Origin: Nemertoderma westbladi
Lineage: Eukaryota > Animalia > Xenacoelomorpha
Length of the DNA: 64,000 nucleotides
Assembly (NCBI GenBank): GCA_032718475.1
Contig: JAUCBJ010007777.1
Coordinates: forward strand, 1-64,000
Direction: 5' to 3'
The stretch's first letter is position 1; every line of letters begins with the position of its first letter. Below the pieces are notes generated by a model that was not told the DNA's origin, did no database searches, and worked only from the letters and a program-made list of their open reading frames with translations. Shown one piece after another: positions 63,121 through 64,000 of this stretch. Made by a program: the position numbers and the translations under genes.

Positions 63121-64000
63121 ATGGTCGTTATATCGAACCGTTATATCGTTATATTCGAGCGAAACCTGTTCGATGTATCACCTAAGATCGCTCGTCTTAA
63201 ACGATCACTGAATAAACCCATGATCAGAGTTCCGGAATACTCGGTCAGGCCTCCTCATAACCTAGTGAGACCTCAAACTCTCGATCCTAACAGTATCACT
63301 GATCCTCCCGAACTATATTCCCTGTTCAAAGACTTAGTGTTACCCGAACAACTAATCGGTGGTGCTCCGGTAGTGGGTTCGTTAGACATCCGCCCATCCT
63401 ACTTAGCCGGATTGGGACGCGGGCAGCTAATATCGCCCTTTGATCCTTACAATCGTCCAGGATTAAACCCGATTCAACCCGCCACAGAAGTCGAGGAGAG
63501 CGTTATAAGAAACGCTTTAGACGCCATTCGACAGAAAATCGGAAAGGGAACACAAGATTGTTTAGAGAAACGTAAACTACACCAACAAGTCCAATCGGTG
63601 AAGGAGTTAGCCTTGCCACAGTTCGATAGGGAAATCCAAAACCTCGAGGAAGACATAGAGCTTGGACGCACGTATTCTCTACAAGAATTTTTAGAAGAAC
63701 GCTTACAAAGACAAGCGGAAGAAAATCTAATCGAAGAGAAACACACGAAACTGGAAGAAAGAGAAGAAGCCGCTTTAGCCCAACCTGAAGCTCAAATCCT
63801 CATGACCGACCTCTACTCTAAAACCGTTCGTCATCCCTCGATGATTCCACATTTCGGGGACAAGCTCTTCGCGACGATACAGCCTCAACCGGTTGATATC
63901 AGTACAGGATCGCAAAATCTTATCGCTGATGCCCCTATGTTACAGCATCCGCCGATCGAGGCTGCTCGTGTTGACGGTATCCTCGTTGAACCTCCGGACA
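63121..64000 (+). CDS. Uncharacterised accessory ORF downstream of integrase, open to the window edge (over 290 aa, not in the ORF track)
   Basis: Hand translation shows no stop from ATG 63121 (MVVISNRY..PMIRVPEYSVRPP..LQEFLEERLQRQAEE..) to 64000. An overlapping short frame at 63006-63185 may be its frameshifted N-terminus. Confidence 0.6.
   Translation, partial: MVVISNRYIVIFERNLFDVSPKIARLKRSLNKPMIRVPEYSVRPPHNLVRPQTLDPNSITDPPELYSLFKDLVLPEQLIGGAPVVGSLDIRPSYLAGLGRGQLISPFDPYNRPGLNPIQPATEVEESVIRNALDAIRQKIGKGTQDCLEKRKLHQQVQSVKELALPQFDREIQNLEEDIELGRTYSLQEFLEERLQRQAEENLIEEKHTKLEEREEAALAQPEAQILMTDLYSKTVRHPSMIPHFGDKLFATIQPQPVDISTGSQNLIADAPMLQHPPIEAARVDGILVEPPD

Larger units (their letters stand above)
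49505..64000 (+). mobile_element. BEL/Pao LTR retrotransposon with a complete domain set, 3' end beyond the window; left boundary tentative
   Basis: Gag-PR-RT-RH-IN at 53275-61385, a long 5' region with CCAAT motifs, and TGTTAG at 49505 as a candidate LTR start. No second LTR was found in the window. Confidence 0.75.

Overview
Eukaryotic (animal-type, AT-rich, intron-containing) genomic DNA dominated by transposons. Host genes: an intronless macroH2A (+, 5757-6863), the 5' exons of a PPIP5K/Vip1 inositol-pyrophosphate kinase (-, about 27351-30084) and a two-exon otopetrin proton channel (-, 31276-32985). There are three BEL/Pao LTR retroelements: a decayed Gag-PR-only derivative (1-3969), a young 15.8-kb element with about 99% identical 1.9-kb LTRs (8278-24083, -), and an RT-containing element with two lesions that runs off the right edge. 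Also present are CR1-like and CRE-like LINE relics, hAT and CACTA-type non-autonomous DNA transposons, a probable fossil Polinton capsid frame and several minisatellites. The 8278-24083 element is the most unusual feature. Its intact 2257-aa polyprotein has Gag, protease and integrase but no RT/RNase H, and its LTRs end TA...TA. It has no tRNA-type PBS; the 11 nt abutting the 5' LTR are instead the exact complement of an 11-mer inside the LTR, the geometry of Tf1-type self-priming. Each LTR carries a tRNA-like Pol III cassette (A box, B box, T6), and an extra triple zinc-knuckle ORF follows integrase. Separately, two consecutive PPIP5K exons have each had their 3' end plus splice donor amplified into a tandem array. 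All coordinates and motif matches were read by eye; no searches were run.
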